Counted from the first letter of the stretch, positions 31,751-42,523 are shown. The stretch is DNA of 64,000 bases from an uncultured Chroococcidiopsis sp. (GCA_964248365.1 CAXTYC010000021.1:1-64000), one strand, 5' to 3'. Program-made: numbers and translations. The notes: generated from the letters alone by a model not told the origin.

Positions 31751-32704
31751 TTAGCTATTTTTCAACAATCCAGCTGCGATCGCTCCCAATATCGCCACCC
31801 CAAAGGCAAGTCGATACCAAACAAATATCCAGGTATTTTTGGTTTGGAGGTAGCGCAGCAGCCATGCGATCGCAATGTAGGAAAAAACAGCAGATGAAAT
31901 TACCCCAACTACGATTGACAATATTCCAGCTCCTGCCAATCCTGCTTTTAAAGCATCCTTTAACTCTACCAACCCTGCCAGGGTAATAGATGGGATACCC
32001 AGTAAAAACGAAAATCTAGCAGCAGCAGCCCGTTCTATACCCATAAACAACCCAGCCGTTAGCGTAGAACCGGAGCGAGAGACACCTGGAAATAAAGCTA
32101 GCGACTGAGCCAAACCCATCAAAACTCCATCCCCAATACCTAGATCCTCAAAGTTGCGCTTACGCTTGCCTAGTTTCTCTGCTAGTCCGAGTAAGATAGA
32201 CATCACAATTGAGTAGATAGCGATCGCTGCTAAACTCCGCATCGGTGATTTGTCAAAGTTGGGAACAAAAATTTTGATCAGCAACCCAAAAAAAACTATC
32301 GGTATTGTTCCCAACACTATCCCCGCGGCGAGGCGAAATTCGTGTGAGCGGTAATTTGAAGAGGCGATCGCGCGGGCTGCTCCTGTCGTAATTTGTGTCA
32401 AATCGCGCCAGAAGTACCACACAACCGCAGCAATACTACCCAGTTGAATCACAGCCGTATAAGCAACCCCAGGATCGCCCCAACCCAGCACTACTGGCAC
32501 AACTTTTAAATGAGCCGTACTGCTAATAGGCAGAAATTCAGTTACTCCTTGCACTATGCCAAGAATAAAAGATTGAAACAGGTTCATCCCAGTTACAGAT
32601 CCTGCCGAGTCTGGCACAGCAGCGAGAACCTTGAGCGGCATCACCGACCAAGCGGCGACACCTGCAACTGCTAGCCTGAACATTTGACGTTGTGATAAAG
32701 CCAT
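31751..32704 (-). CDS. uppP: Undecaprenyl-diphosphate phosphatase
   Basis: QGVTEFLPISSTAH, PGVSRSGST, AARFSFLL. Confidence 0.95.
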   Translation of the reverse strand: MALSQRQMFRLAVAGVAAWSVMPLKVLAAVPDSAGSVTGMNLFQSFILGIVQGVTEFLPISSTAHLKVVPVVLGWGDPGVAYTAVIQLGSIAAVVWYFWRDLTQITTGAARAIASSNYRSHEFRLAAGIVLGTIPIVFFGLLIKIFVPNFDKSPMRSLAAIAIYSIVMSILLGLAEKLGKRKRNFEDLGIGDGVLMGLAQSLALFPGVSRSGSTLTAGLFMGIERAAAARFSFLLGIPSITLAGLVELKDALKAGLAGAGILSIVVGVISSAVFSYIAIAWLLRYLQTKNTWIFVWYRLAFGVAILGAIAAGLLKNS

Positions 32705-33068
32705 AATTTTAATAATTCGTAAGCGCGTAAGCGCGTAAGCGCGTAATTATTTCTACTCTTGGACGGGTACTTTTAGCAAACATACCTGTAGTCTGTGTGG
32801 GTTTTAAAGCTATAGGCTCCTACACGACCATATTCTCGCTACAGCATACCTGATTAGAAATTCATAATTCATAAGCGCGTAATTCGTAATTCGTAATTTT
32901 TCTTTTCCCCTTGCGCCCCTTGCGCCCCCCTGCTCAAGATCGCTCTCTACTAGCCAGCTTGTAAAAAATTTAGATATGATAAATATGCCTTCTGGATGCC
33001 CCAAGGGGGGATACTTTGTTATGATAGATTGAATAAGATTAAGTTAAGTAACAAATATTAACAATCAA

Positions 33069-33842
33069 TTGATTAATAATACCTTGTCTTCATACACCGC
33101 TTCTGCCCCTACAATCAGCCCAGCCTCTTCTGGGACAAGGAAGGCTATTCATTTATCGGGGCTAGAGACGTTGCCCCAAACGTCTGTAAAGAATTCAAAA
33201 GTTACTGTAAAGCAAACCTGGTTAGTGTTTGCAGCAGCTGTATTTTTAGTATCTGTACCAGTGTTTATTGAAGCGCCCCTAGTGCGATCGCAGAGGCTGC
33301 TCAGTTTAGCGATGACAATTGGCTTGATATGGCTAAGTTTTAAACTCATGTCTCGCCCATCAAGCTATTTATGGGGAGATATCTTACTGGGGTTTAGCCT
33401 CAGTTGGTTAGCAGGGTCGATTTACTGGGGTTGGTTACGGTGGGAACCCTTATTACATTTACCAGTAGAAGCGATCGGTCTACCATTTGCCCTAGTGTGT
33501 TTAAAGCGAGGTTGGGGCAAGGTAGGAAACTTTTTCTATCTTGGTTCTCTACTAGGGACAGCGATCACAGATGTGTATTTTTATTTAGTTGATTTAATTC
33601 CCCACTGGCGACAAATCATGCAGGTAGAGCCAGAAAGAGTTTCACCAATTTTGCATAATGCTTTAGCGCAAGTACAAACACCTTGGGGACTAAGCTGGGC
33701 GCTGATTTTGGCAACTGTGCTGCTAACAATAGGAATTTTTCCCTTACGCTCTGGGCAGTGCCATTGGTGGGCATTTAGTGGAGCGGTGTTAAGCACAATC
33801 TTAGTAGATAGCTTATTCTGGCTAGCTGCGGCGGTGGCTTAG
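33069..33842 (+). CDS. DUF3120-family membrane protein
   Basis: FLVSVPVFIEAPLVR, WLAGSIYWGWLR, HLPVEA; conserved cyanobacterial gene upstream of psbU. Confidence 0.8.
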   Translation: MINNTLSSYTASAPTISPASSGTRKAIHLSGLETLPQTSVKNSKVTVKQTWLVFAAAVFLVSVPVFIEAPLVRSQRLLSLAMTIGLIWLSFKLMSRPSSYLWGDILLGFSLSWLAGSIYWGWLRWEPLLHLPVEAIGLPFALVCLKRGWGKVGNFFYLGSLLGTAITDVYFYLVDLIPHWRQIMQVEPERVSPILHNALAQVQTPWGLSWALILATVLLTIGIFPLRSGQCHWWAFSGAVLSTILVDSLFWLAAAVA

Positions 33843-34146
33843 TACCAAAGGGAAAAGGGAAAGGGAAATCAGTTACCAGTTACCAGTTACCAGTTAAAAA
33901 AAAAGGAAAAGGGTAAAGAGGTATTGCGGTAAAGGAAATTCGCGCATTCGAAATTGATAATTTTCCCCTTGTCCCCTTGTCCTCACGTGCGCCCCTAGCC
34001 CCTTCTTAGAGGCAATCTGAATTAGGCAAGGGTGTTTTTTCAGTCTTGATAGTAAAGCCTGATATCTAAGAGATCAATTAGCTATATATTAGTTTCTGAT
34101 ACCTGCTGTGTGCTGATTTGTGTTGGATAAAAGAGGAAAAGAAACT

Positions 34147-34587
34147 GTGAAACGATTAATACGCTTATTAACAGTATTGAGTTTGTTAGTAGGGTTTATG
34201 GGATGGCTTGGAGTGTCCCAACCTGTCTTGGCTGCAAATTTAAGCAATGTTACCTGGCGCTCAGTGCCGATTTTGGCAGTTGAATCACAAGAGACTTTGC
34301 GAAACCGAGCAGATGCCAAGCTAGCAACTGAGTTTGGGAAAAAAATCGATTTGAATAACACCAATGTAAGGGCTTTTCAGAAGTACCCTGGAATGTATCC
34401 CACCCTAGCGCGGAAAATTATTGCAAATGCTCCCTACGAGAATGTAGAGGATGTATTGAATATTCAGGGACTAAGCGATCGCCAAAAAGAAATCCTGCAA
34501 GCTAACCTAGATAACTTCGCTGTAACTGATGTTGAATCAGCCTTTACCGAAGGCGACGACCGTTATAACAACGGCATCTACAGGTAA
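34147..34587 (+). CDS. psbU: Photosystem II extrinsic protein U
   Basis: Signal peptide, [39 protein letters not shown]. Confidence 0.95.
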   Translation: MKRLIRLLTVLSLLVGFMGWLGVSQPVLAANLSNVTWRSVPILAVESQETLRNRADAKLATEFGKKIDLNNTNVRAFQKYPGMYPTLARKIIANAPYENVEDVLNIQGLSDRQKEILQANLDNFAVTDVESAFTEGDDRYNNGIYR

Positions 34588-34616
34588 TTCACAAGTGAAT
34601 CCCTAGTTCAGTCTTC

Positions 34617-34647
34617 AACCCACCCTGTTATAGTGTGGGTTTTTTTT
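34617..34647 (+). terminator. Intrinsic terminator after psbU
   Basis: AACCCAC...GTGGGTT hairpin followed by a T-run. Confidence 0.65.
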
Positions 34648-34834
34648 ATTAAGGTTGAAATAAAGGCTGAATTATAAAGGATAAAGGGGAAAGGGTAAAG
34701 GAGACCCACGACCCACGACAGGAGACAGAATATTTAATTCTTTCATCTCCCCTTGTCGGGTTGTCCCCTTGTCGGGTTGTCCCCTCTACCCCTTGCGCCC
34801 CTTGCCCCTTGCGCCCCTCACCCCTGATACTTCC

Positions 34835-36553
34835 TTGCCTGTGATAGATAACCTCTGCCATTTTGATGTTTTAGTTGTAGGAGCTGGCGCTGCTGGACTC
34901 TATGCGGCTCTTTGTCTTCCACCTGATTTACAAGTTGGTTTGATTACCAAAGACAATCTTTCTCTATCCGCCAGTGATTGGGCGCAAGGAGGCATTGCGG
35001 CGGCGATCGCCCCTGATGATTCACCCCTGTTACACATTGAAGATACCCTCAAAGCAGGCGCTGGTTTATGCGATATTGAATCTGTCACATTTCTTGCTAA
35101 ACAAGCACCCAGCTGCATTGAGTCGTTGGTAGAAATGGGGGTGGCTTTTGATCGCCACAACAATGATTTAGCTTTGACTCTAGAGGCTGCCCATTCTCGT
35201 CGCCGTGTCCTTCACGCCGAAGATACTACTGGTCGCAAAGTAATCACAACCTTGACAGCCCGTGTATTGGAACGCCAAAATATTCAGGTAATTCCCCAAG
35301 CCTTGGCGTTAAGTTTGTGGCTGCATCCTCAAACTGGACATTGCCAAGGAATTAGCCTGGTTTATCAAGAACAAGTCATTTGGATACCAACTGGGGCAGT
35401 AGTTTTGGCAACAGGCGGCAGCGGTCAAGTCTTTGCCCAGACAACCAACCCCAGTTTAAGTACAGGCGACGGAGTAGCGATCGCTTGGCGTTCTGGAGCC
35501 ATCCTAAGGGATTTAGAATTTGTCCAGTTCCATCCCACCGCCCTCACAAAACCAGGTGCTGAGAAATTTCTCATTAGTGAAGCAGTACGCGGTGAAGGTG
35601 CGCATCTAATTGACGATCAAGGTAGGCGCTTTGTCTTTGATTACCATCCAGCCGGAGAACTCGCCCCCAGAGATGTCGTCAGTCGAGCTATTTTCAGCTA
35701 CTTACAAACCACTACAACTGATCCAGCCACTGCTCATGTTTGGTTAGATTTGCGACCCATCCCACAACAGAAAATTCGTCAGCGGTTTCCTAACATTATT
35801 CAAGTCTGTCAGCACTGGGGTATTGATGTCTTCTCTGAACCGATTCCCGTTGCTCCAGCTGCTCATTACTGGATGGGTGGAATTCTCACAGATTTGATGA
35901 ACCGCACCTCTATCCCTGGTTTGTATGCATTAGGGGAAACAGCCAGTACCGGAGTACATGGAGCAAATCGTTTAGCTAGTAATTCTCTGCTTGAATGTAT
36001 TGTATTCGGCGCACAGATGGCAAATCTAAAGGTTGAAGTCGGAAGTATCAAGGATGAAACCGAATCTAACTTCACCCTTGAGCCGAAGGCAAGGGGGAAG
36101 CAAGCTACATCTTTTATCCTTTCAAAGAGTGATTGGGAAAGCCAGCAAGCGAAGATAAAAGCCATCCGTGAAGATTTACCGCGTTTAGTATGGCAAGGCG
36201 CTGGTATTTGCCGAGAACAGAAAGCATTGGAGGCGGCGTTAGATCAGGTGATAATCTGGCAACAAGAATTTGCTGCCTTACCTCTGTCGCAATTTTTGCT
36301 GGAATTACCCCCAGCACAGCCAGCTATTTTCAACTTACCCGATACAACGCAGCAATTAAGGCTGTGGGGAGAAACCCGCAACTTGCTTGATATTGCCTAC
36401 CTAATTCTCAAAAGTGCTGCTTTTCGCACTGAAAGCCGAGGTGGGCATTACCGACTAGACTATCCTCAGCCAAACCCTAACTGGCAAGTTCATACCTTAG
36501 TGCAGCATGACAACTGGTATAAATCTCATTCTAGTGGAACCAGTGACTGGTGA
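34835..36553 (+). CDS. nadB: L-aspartate oxidase
   Basis: GAGAAGL, SDWAQGG, EAAHSRRR, QFHPT, SEAVRGEG, ELAPRD, HGANRLASNSL, ESRGGH; start approximate. Confidence 0.95.
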   Translation: MPVIDNLCHFDVLVVGAGAAGLYAALCLPPDLQVGLITKDNLSLSASDWAQGGIAAAIAPDDSPLLHIEDTLKAGAGLCDIESVTFLAKQAPSCIESLVEMGVAFDRHNNDLALTLEAAHSRRRVLHAEDTTGRKVITTLTARVLERQNIQVIPQALALSLWLHPQTGHCQGISLVYQEQVIWIPTGAVVLATGGSGQVFAQTTNPSLSTGDGVAIAWRSGAILRDLEFVQFHPTALTKPGAEKFLISEAVRGEGAHLIDDQGRRFVFDYHPAGELAPRDVVSRAIFSYLQTTTTDPATAHVWLDLRPIPQQKIRQRFPNIIQVCQHWGIDVFSEPIPVAPAAHYWMGGILTDLMNRTSIPGLYALGETASTGVHGANRLASNSLLECIVFGAQMANLKVEVGSIKDETESNFTLEPKARGKQATSFILSKSDWESQQAKIKAIREDLPRLVWQGAGICREQKALEAALDQVIIWQQEFAALPLSQFLLELPPAQPAIFNLPDTTQQLRLWGETRNLLDIAYLILKSAAFRTESRGGHYRLDYPQPNPNWQVHTLVQHDNWYKSHSSGTSDW

Positions 36554-36656
36554 CTAGTGACTAGAAGACAGCAGGGGGGCGCAAGGAGCAGGGGAGAGTG
36601 GGAGATAAATATAATTACGAATTATCCTTTTCCCTTTTCCCTTTTCCTTTTCCCCT

Positions 36657-36860
36657 TTATCTAGTTCCAGAACCCAGGCTACTAATAGGACTGCCGATGG
36701 TACTTGGTGGTTGATAGCCTTGATTTATAGCCGTACTAAAGTGGGATTGACTATTAGAGGAAACCGCTAACCCAGTTACTGTACCAACAATTCCCAAGGC
36801 AATTAGCTGCACTCCCACAACAAGTGTGACGTTAAATATAAGTTTTAAGCGAATATACAT
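36657..36860 (-). CDS. Small putatively secreted peptide ending in YQPP...GSGTR
   Basis: Basic N-terminus, hydrophobic stretch, polar linker, then a Pro/Gly C-terminal motif. Confidence 0.55.
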   Translation of the reverse strand: MYIRLKLIFNVTLVVGVQLIALGIVGTVTGLAVSSNSQSHFSTAINQGYQPPSTIGSPISSLGSGTR

Positions 36861-37170
36861 AGGTATTGCCCAATTGCTATATATAGCAGTATTTCAAATC
36901 ACATTTGTTTTTTCAGTATATTTACTTAAGCTTAATTATAAATTTACACATTTTTTACTAATACTATCCATACTAAGTTCTCACCTAGTAATAGCTGAAA
37001 TTAGCTAAGTAATAATACTTTTAACATAGTAAATATTTCTAATTCACCTGTCTAATTTAGTGTGAAATTAGAGACATCTTTTTATATCTATAGTTATATT
37101 TTTATATTTACAGAAAGCCCTTACAAGCTTAATGTTAAATTTAGATTGACTTAACATATCTTAGAACTAA

Positions 37171-37442
37171 TAGACCTCCTGCATGAATATATCTGTAAAC
37201 CCGCCCTTGCGAAATAGAGTTAAAATTGAGGTTCCTTTTGGTAAACCCTGAGCTACACCTAATGAATGAAATCGGAGTGGGGTTACAACATCTCTTGGGC
37301 AAAAATGGCGGTTTGATGATTGGAACGAGAGATTTGCCTCGAATGATTCGAGGCAAACTCTCTCGGATATCTGTTAGTGTCGCGGATCTTTGTTGAAGGA
37401 GCGCCATTTTTGTCCAGGATATCCTTCGGGGCAGGAGGTCTA
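37171..37442. mobile_element. MITE-like element with TA-bounded terminal inverted repeats
   Basis: TAGACCTCCTGC ... GCAGGAGGTCTA ends with nested internal inverted repeats; no transposase. Confidence 0.55.
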
Positions 37443-37515
37443 ATAAAATATACCTTAAGATTGAGGTGTAAAAAAGACTATTTGATAATGAAAAGAATGT
37501 TAAAGTTAATTGTAG

Positions 37516-39696
37516 TTAAGCTAACTGATAACAGTTTTTTCCCGATTGCTTAGCCTGATACATAGCTGTATCAGCTTGCTTGACTAGGCTTTCTCTAGAA
37601 GCACTGTGAATTGGGTAGACGCTAATACCAACACTGGCAGTAATTAACAAAGTCTGTCCTTCTAAAACAAAAGCCTCTGACAGCGTTGCCAAAATCTTGT
37701 TTGCCACTTGCACGGCAACTTTTACGTCTGGAATTGCTGGGAGGATGACAGTAAATTCATCACCACCCAGCCGAGAGATAATATCACTGTGGCGTAAGCA
37801 GCCAGATAGCCTTTGGGCAACAGCAATCAGCAAGCGATCGCCCCAGTCGTGTCCCAAAGTATCATTAACTTGTTTAAAACCATCCAAGTCGATAAATAAT
37901 AGACCTACTAATACTTGATTGCTTTGCGCCCAAGCTAGAGACTGATCGAGATGTTCGTAGAACAAATATCGATTGGGTAGACTTGTAAGTGCGTCATGAT
38001 GGGCAAGATAGCGCAAACGTTTTTCTGAAATTTGTAATTCGGTGTTAGACCGGACTAGCTCAGCAGTAGTACGCTTAAGTTCATCCTCCTTCCGCTTACG
38101 TTCAGTAATATCTCGAATTACCCCAACTAAAAAAAGATTACCAGCAGCATCTTTGTGTAGCGATCGCTTAGTAGCAATTAGATGAGTCTTGCCCCTCGCA
38201 TCAGTAAATTTTTCTTCGTGTTCCATAGCTAGACCGCTACTGAACACCAAATCATCTTGTTGTCGAAAAATATCCGCTTCCTGTTTAGAAAAAAACTCAG
38301 AGTCCGACTTTTCAATTAACATCTGGTACGGATAACCAATTAATTGACAATAAGCCTGGTTCAAAACAATCCATCGATATTCTTTGTTTTTGACAAAAAT
38401 TGGATCTGGAATAGTATTAATCACTCCCTGCAAAAATTCTTTGGAGCGTTTAAACTCTTCTTGCACCTGGGCAATGTAAGCACTGATCGCAGCTACGCCA
38501 CCGAACAAAGCTAGCAGCGATGGTACATAGGGCAGCCACCAACCATAGAAGAAAGCAAGATAAGAACCACCAATCAGGGCAGAGGTGGCAACCATTATAC
38601 TGAGGAATGATTGGCAAGGCGATCGCGCTCGCCAACCCACAATAGCTCCGACAAAAGCCCAGCCAACAATCCAGAAATCTTCCCAAAAGTCTGACCAAAT
38701 GTGAATTAAAGGGCGACCTTCGAGAGCAGCACTAATAATCTGACTGATAAAATTGGCGTGTAGTTCAACTCCACTAAGCGGTTGCGCTACCTGTAAAAGC
38801 TGCCTACCACTGTCAGAAGTGTAAAAAACATCCTTGAGGCTGGGAGCAGTAGAACCAATCAAAACAATGCGATCACGTATTTCTTTTGCAGGTACACGAT
38901 CAGCCAAGACATCTGCCATCGACACTTTGCGAAAGCTAGTACTTGGACGGCGAAAATTTGCCAAAATTTGATAACCACCAGCATCCGCTCGCACATAACC
39001 ACCATCATTCGGTTCAAAGCGGCGAAACACACTCGCTCCTAGCTGTAAATATTGCGGATTGTCTTTTGCTGCGTGAGGGGTAATACCTTTTGCCTGGAGA
39101 TAAATCAAAGCCAACTTCAGGTCAAAACTTTCATGCACTTTCTGTTTTGTCGTCCAATAAAGCATCCCTCGACGTACCTTGCCATCAGCATCGAGGACGA
39201 TATTATTAAAACCGACTCGATTAAGTCGGCTTAGTGTAGGTGGAGGTAAAACACCAGAACTGCTTTGATCTGCCAGTTGCTCTATCCCGATCAAATTGGG
39301 AATAGATTCTATAGCTTCGCTCAGTTCTCTATTACCAGGCGGTACGGGCAAATCTCGATAGATATCCAGACCAATAGCACCAGGTTGAGAGGAATACAAT
39401 TTTTGTAACAATTGGGCGAGCGCTGTATCTGGCAGGGGCCATTTTCCTACTTTCCATAAAGAAGCTTCATCAATTGCTACAATGACGACTCGCTCGTCTG
39501 TTGGTTCTGTTGGCAGTAGGCGAAAAAAAGAGTCCAGAGCCGCCCACTCTAAAGGCTGCATTACCCCTACCGAGCGCAAAAGTAGCAGACAAACAGCAAC
39601 TCCTCCTGCTATAATAACTGCCCAATTTTTGCGAGATAAGAGTTGCGAGAGTCTTAACCATAGCCTTTGAATACTTGTGCCTAGCTGCCCATTCAT
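37516..39696 (-). CDS. CHASE2-PAS-GGDEF diguanylate cyclase
   Basis: CHASE2 (VAIDE, IGLDIYRD, GVELHA), three TMs, PAS (IPDPIFVK), HDALTSLPNR, FIDLDGFK, RLGGDEF. Confidence 0.92.
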   Translation of the reverse strand: MNGQLGTSIQRLWLRLSQLLSRKNWAVIIAGGVAVCLLLLRSVGVMQPLEWAALDSFFRLLPTEPTDERVVIVAIDEASLWKVGKWPLPDTALAQLLQKLYSSQPGAIGLDIYRDLPVPPGNRELSEAIESIPNLIGIEQLADQSSSGVLPPPTLSRLNRVGFNNIVLDADGKVRRGMLYWTTKQKVHESFDLKLALIYLQAKGITPHAAKDNPQYLQLGASVFRRFEPNDGGYVRADAGGYQILANFRRPSTSFRKVSMADVLADRVPAKEIRDRIVLIGSTAPSLKDVFYTSDSGRQLLQVAQPLSGVELHANFISQIISAALEGRPLIHIWSDFWEDFWIVGWAFVGAIVGWRARSPCQSFLSIMVATSALIGGSYLAFFYGWWLPYVPSLLALFGGVAAISAYIAQVQEEFKRSKEFLQGVINTIPDPIFVKNKEYRWIVLNQAYCQLIGYPYQMLIEKSDSEFFSKQEADIFRQQDDLVFSSGLAMEHEEKFTDARGKTHLIATKRSLHKDAAGNLFLVGVIRDITERKRKEDELKRTTAELVRSNTELQISEKRLRYLAHHDALTSLPNRYLFYEHLDQSLAWAQSNQVLVGLLFIDLDGFKQVNDTLGHDWGDRLLIAVAQRLSGCLRHSDIISRLGGDEFTVILPAIPDVKVAVQVANKILATLSEAFVLEGQTLLITASVGISVYPIHSASRESLVKQADTAMYQAKQSGKNCYQLA

Positions 39697-39907
39697 TGCG
39701 ATCGCGCTCTATTGGAGGTATGCCAAAATTCCTATATTGCCCAAATGCCCCAGCAATACAGGAATTGATTAATGACGGCTATTTATACTAGCAAACAAAT
39801 CCAACTACATTACATAGGAATTCGGAATTTTCCCCCTCTCCCCCTATTCCCCTCTTCCCTTCTAGTCCCTAGCCCCTAGCCCCTAGCCCCTTGATCACGA
39901 TCAAGTC

Positions 39908-40882
39908 CTAAAACCTATCGGCAAAATTCTTAAAGTTGCTAGGACCTTTGTAACCTGAGATCTGGGCTAGGTTCTTCAAAGACTGAACACCGGAATATTG
40001 CTTACCGTTAATCTCCCAGGTAGGAAAACTTTGGATCTTTGCCGCTTGGCATAAGTCAGGACGCGGATCTTTGCCTTGAGGAGCGCACTCAACGCGATTA
40101 ATGTAACTATAAGCCTCTTTACCAAATAGCTGCTTTTGTTCGTGGCAGTGAGGACACCACCAAGCCACATATTCCTTTGCCCCAATTTGTTTGAGATGAC
40201 GTGCTAGGGCGATTTCTGATTCCCCAGAGGTAGTAGTGATTGCCCAACCAACTCCAGGTGTAGGCTGTCCTGATGGCTCCAAACTAGCTGTTTGTTCAGT
40301 ATTCGCCCCACCACTGACCCCTGTTGGTTTATTTACGTCAGCATAGACAGCAAGTGTACCAATCAGCGTCACCATACCCACCACAATGGCGGTAAAGAAA
40401 ATTTGCCCCATATCTTCCCAAGAACGACCAAGTAGCGTCAGTACTAATAGGCTAACCGAGAATATAGCTGACGCAACACAGTACAGACAAAGTGCTTGAA
40501 TTTTAAATAACAGCAGATAAATTAGGTAGCCGCTGAAGACTGACATGGCGATCGCCCCACACAGCAGTAGCAACCAAGTCCAATTTTCTAACTGGGAGCG
40601 CAGTTCTTTGTTTTGAGTTGATTTAACTACCAAAGGAGCTAAGGCAAACGCTGCCATACCTGCGTAAGCTAGGAAGCCAAACAGAGCCAGAGGTAGTCCG
40701 AATACCTGAGCATAGTCGCTCGAAAGTACTAAATCACAACTTTTAGTAGGACAAGCAGCAGAACTTTGTGTAAATTTGACAAAGGTTAGATAAGCTGTTG
40801 TCAGCGCTCCAAGTCCCGCGATCGCACCAATCAGCGGACGGGACCAACGATATATCCAAGGCACAGAACGTCGGCGAATCAT
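39908..40882 (-). CDS. Vitamin K epoxide reductase fused to a thioredoxin-like domain
   Basis: CPTKSC, VLSS.YA, CLYC, WCPHC, FPTW. Confidence 0.92.
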   Translation of the reverse strand: MIRRRSVPWIYRWSRPLIGAIAGLGALTTAYLTFVKFTQSSAACPTKSCDLVLSSDYAQVFGLPLALFGFLAYAGMAAFALAPLVVKSTQNKELRSQLENWTWLLLLCGAIAMSVFSGYLIYLLLFKIQALCLYCVASAIFSVSLLVLTLLGRSWEDMGQIFFTAIVVGMVTLIGTLAVYADVNKPTGVSGGANTEQTASLEPSGQPTPGVGWAITTTSGESEIALARHLKQIGAKEYVAWWCPHCHEQKQLFGKEAYSYINRVECAPQGKDPRPDLCQAAKIQSFPTWEINGKQYSGVQSLKNLAQISGYKGPSNFKNFADRF

Positions 40883-41321
40883 TGATTTAACCTGCTCTTT
40901 AAAAGCAATTAGCTGTTAGCGATTAGCTGTTAGCTTTTAGTAGTCATTTGTCATTGGTTTTGGACACACGACAAAGGACTAAAAGCTTTGTCAATAATAA
41001 CGGAAGCTTGCTGATACGCTTGAGTAACCACGCATATCCGTTATATTCATTTAATTATCCTTGATGACAAGTTTGCATTTTCACAAGTCGAAAGACAGGG
41101 CCAGAGGCGCTTAAGCGCTCTTGCGAGAGGCTAGGGGCGAGAAAAGTGTGAAGTGTGAAGTGTGAAGGTAGAAGTATGAAGTAAGAAGGGTAGGGGTAGA
41201 GGGTTTACGGGTAGGGGGAAATTACCCTTTTACCCTCTTACCCTTTTACCCTTTTACCGTTTATCCTTCAACCTTTATCCTTTATCCTTTTCCCTTTTCC
41301 CTTTTCCCTTTTCCCTTTTTT

Positions 41322-42191
41322 CTAGCCCCTAGCCCCTAATGATGAAGGCGTTACCTTTATTGCCTGGGTATTACTGCGCCGTACTGCTTCGACAAATTGG
41401 CTGACACGAATTGGATCGATCGGTTGTTCGCGGCGACCGTGACGCTTAAGTGAACTGGAAACAATAACCCCATCAGCTGCTTGCATCAGAGTAGAAATAT
41501 TTTCCCAGTTTGCCCCACTGCCAATAAATACCGGAGTTCCGTTAGCTGCTGACGAAGCTAGTTCGAGATCTTCTAGGTTGGGAGGGCTACCCGTAGACCA
41601 GCCAGACAAAATCACAGCGTCTGCTAGACCCCGTTCAATTGTATCTTGCACAGCAGTGGTAAGATTAGGGGAACCCAGAGGACGGGCGTGTTTGACTAAG
41701 ACATCAGCTAAGATTTTGACATCGCTGCCTAATTCCCGTCGATAGCGTAGCAAACTATGTGCCTGTCCCTCAATGATTCCCTGATCGGTTGCCATCACAC
41801 CTGTGAGGACATTGACGCGGATGAATTGCGCCTTTACACAGCTAGCGATCGCTATTGCACTGTGGGCATCATTACGCAAAACATTAATCCCAATCGGTAG
41901 TGTCACTAGCTGCATCAGTTGCTGCACAACTAGACTCATGGCACTGACTACGGCTGGATCTACTCGCTCCTTCGCAAAGGGCGCATCAAAAAAATTTTCT
42001 ACAATAATACCATCTACCCCACCGCAAGCCAATGCTGTAGCTTCCTGTTCTGCCCTGTCAACTACGGCTTTTAAACTTCCTCCCCAGCGAGGAGAAGTAG
42101 GCAAAGGCAGTAAATGTACAACTCCTAAGATCGGATTATGGGTTTTGAATATCTGATTTAAGTCCACGTCTTTAACAATATTTGGACGCAT
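41322..42191 (-). CDS. btpA: Photosystem I biogenesis protein BtpA
   Basis: GVVHLLPLP, VENFFDAPF, GINVLRND, DVLVKHA. Confidence 0.92.
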   Translation of the reverse strand: MRPNIVKDVDLNQIFKTHNPILGVVHLLPLPTSPRWGGSLKAVVDRAEQEATALACGGVDGIIVENFFDAPFAKERVDPAVVSAMSLVVQQLMQLVTLPIGINVLRNDAHSAIAIASCVKAQFIRVNVLTGVMATDQGIIEGQAHSLLRYRRELGSDVKILADVLVKHARPLGSPNLTTAVQDTIERGLADAVILSGWSTGSPPNLEDLELASSAANGTPVFIGSGANWENISTLMQAADGVIVSSSLKRHGRREQPIDPIRVSQFVEAVRRSNTQAIKVTPSSLGARG

Positions 42192-42375
42192 CTATAAAAG
42201 TACGTTACCAAAATCATAACTTCTTACCGTGCCTGTATTAATCAGGAAAGGGGAAAGGGGAACTTGGGTTCACTCGCGTTGTGGGGATTAGGGGCAAGGG
42301 GAAAGCGGTATTGCGGTATTGCGGTATTGCGGTAATATTAAGATGCCGTTCGAGCTACCCTTGGGGGAAACCACA

Positions 42376-42523
42376 AGAAAATTGGGCAATCGGGCGCAAA
42401 AAAGTGGACCGCTAATTTGTCAATAAGCCAGATTAATTGTAAATATGGCAACTTTTTTGCCCACTAGACTAGTTCCTGCCCTCGTCCAAACGTTAACCGC
42501 ATTTGAGGATTGCCCAATTTTCT
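42376..42523. repeat. Long inverted-repeat element
   Basis: Perfect 16-bp IR AGAAAATTGGGCAATC / GATTGCCCAATTTTCT with an inner GCAAAAAAGT / ACTTTTTTGC pair. Confidence 0.6.

Noticed and set aside
36657..36860. Calling the peptide patX or patS
   Set aside because: It lacks the exact RG(S/T)GR pentapeptide (it has LGSGTR).
37171..37442. c-di-GMP riboswitch next to the GGDEF gene
   Set aside because: I could not match the c-di-GMP-I two-hairpin consensus, and the TA-bounded terminal repeats fit a MITE better.
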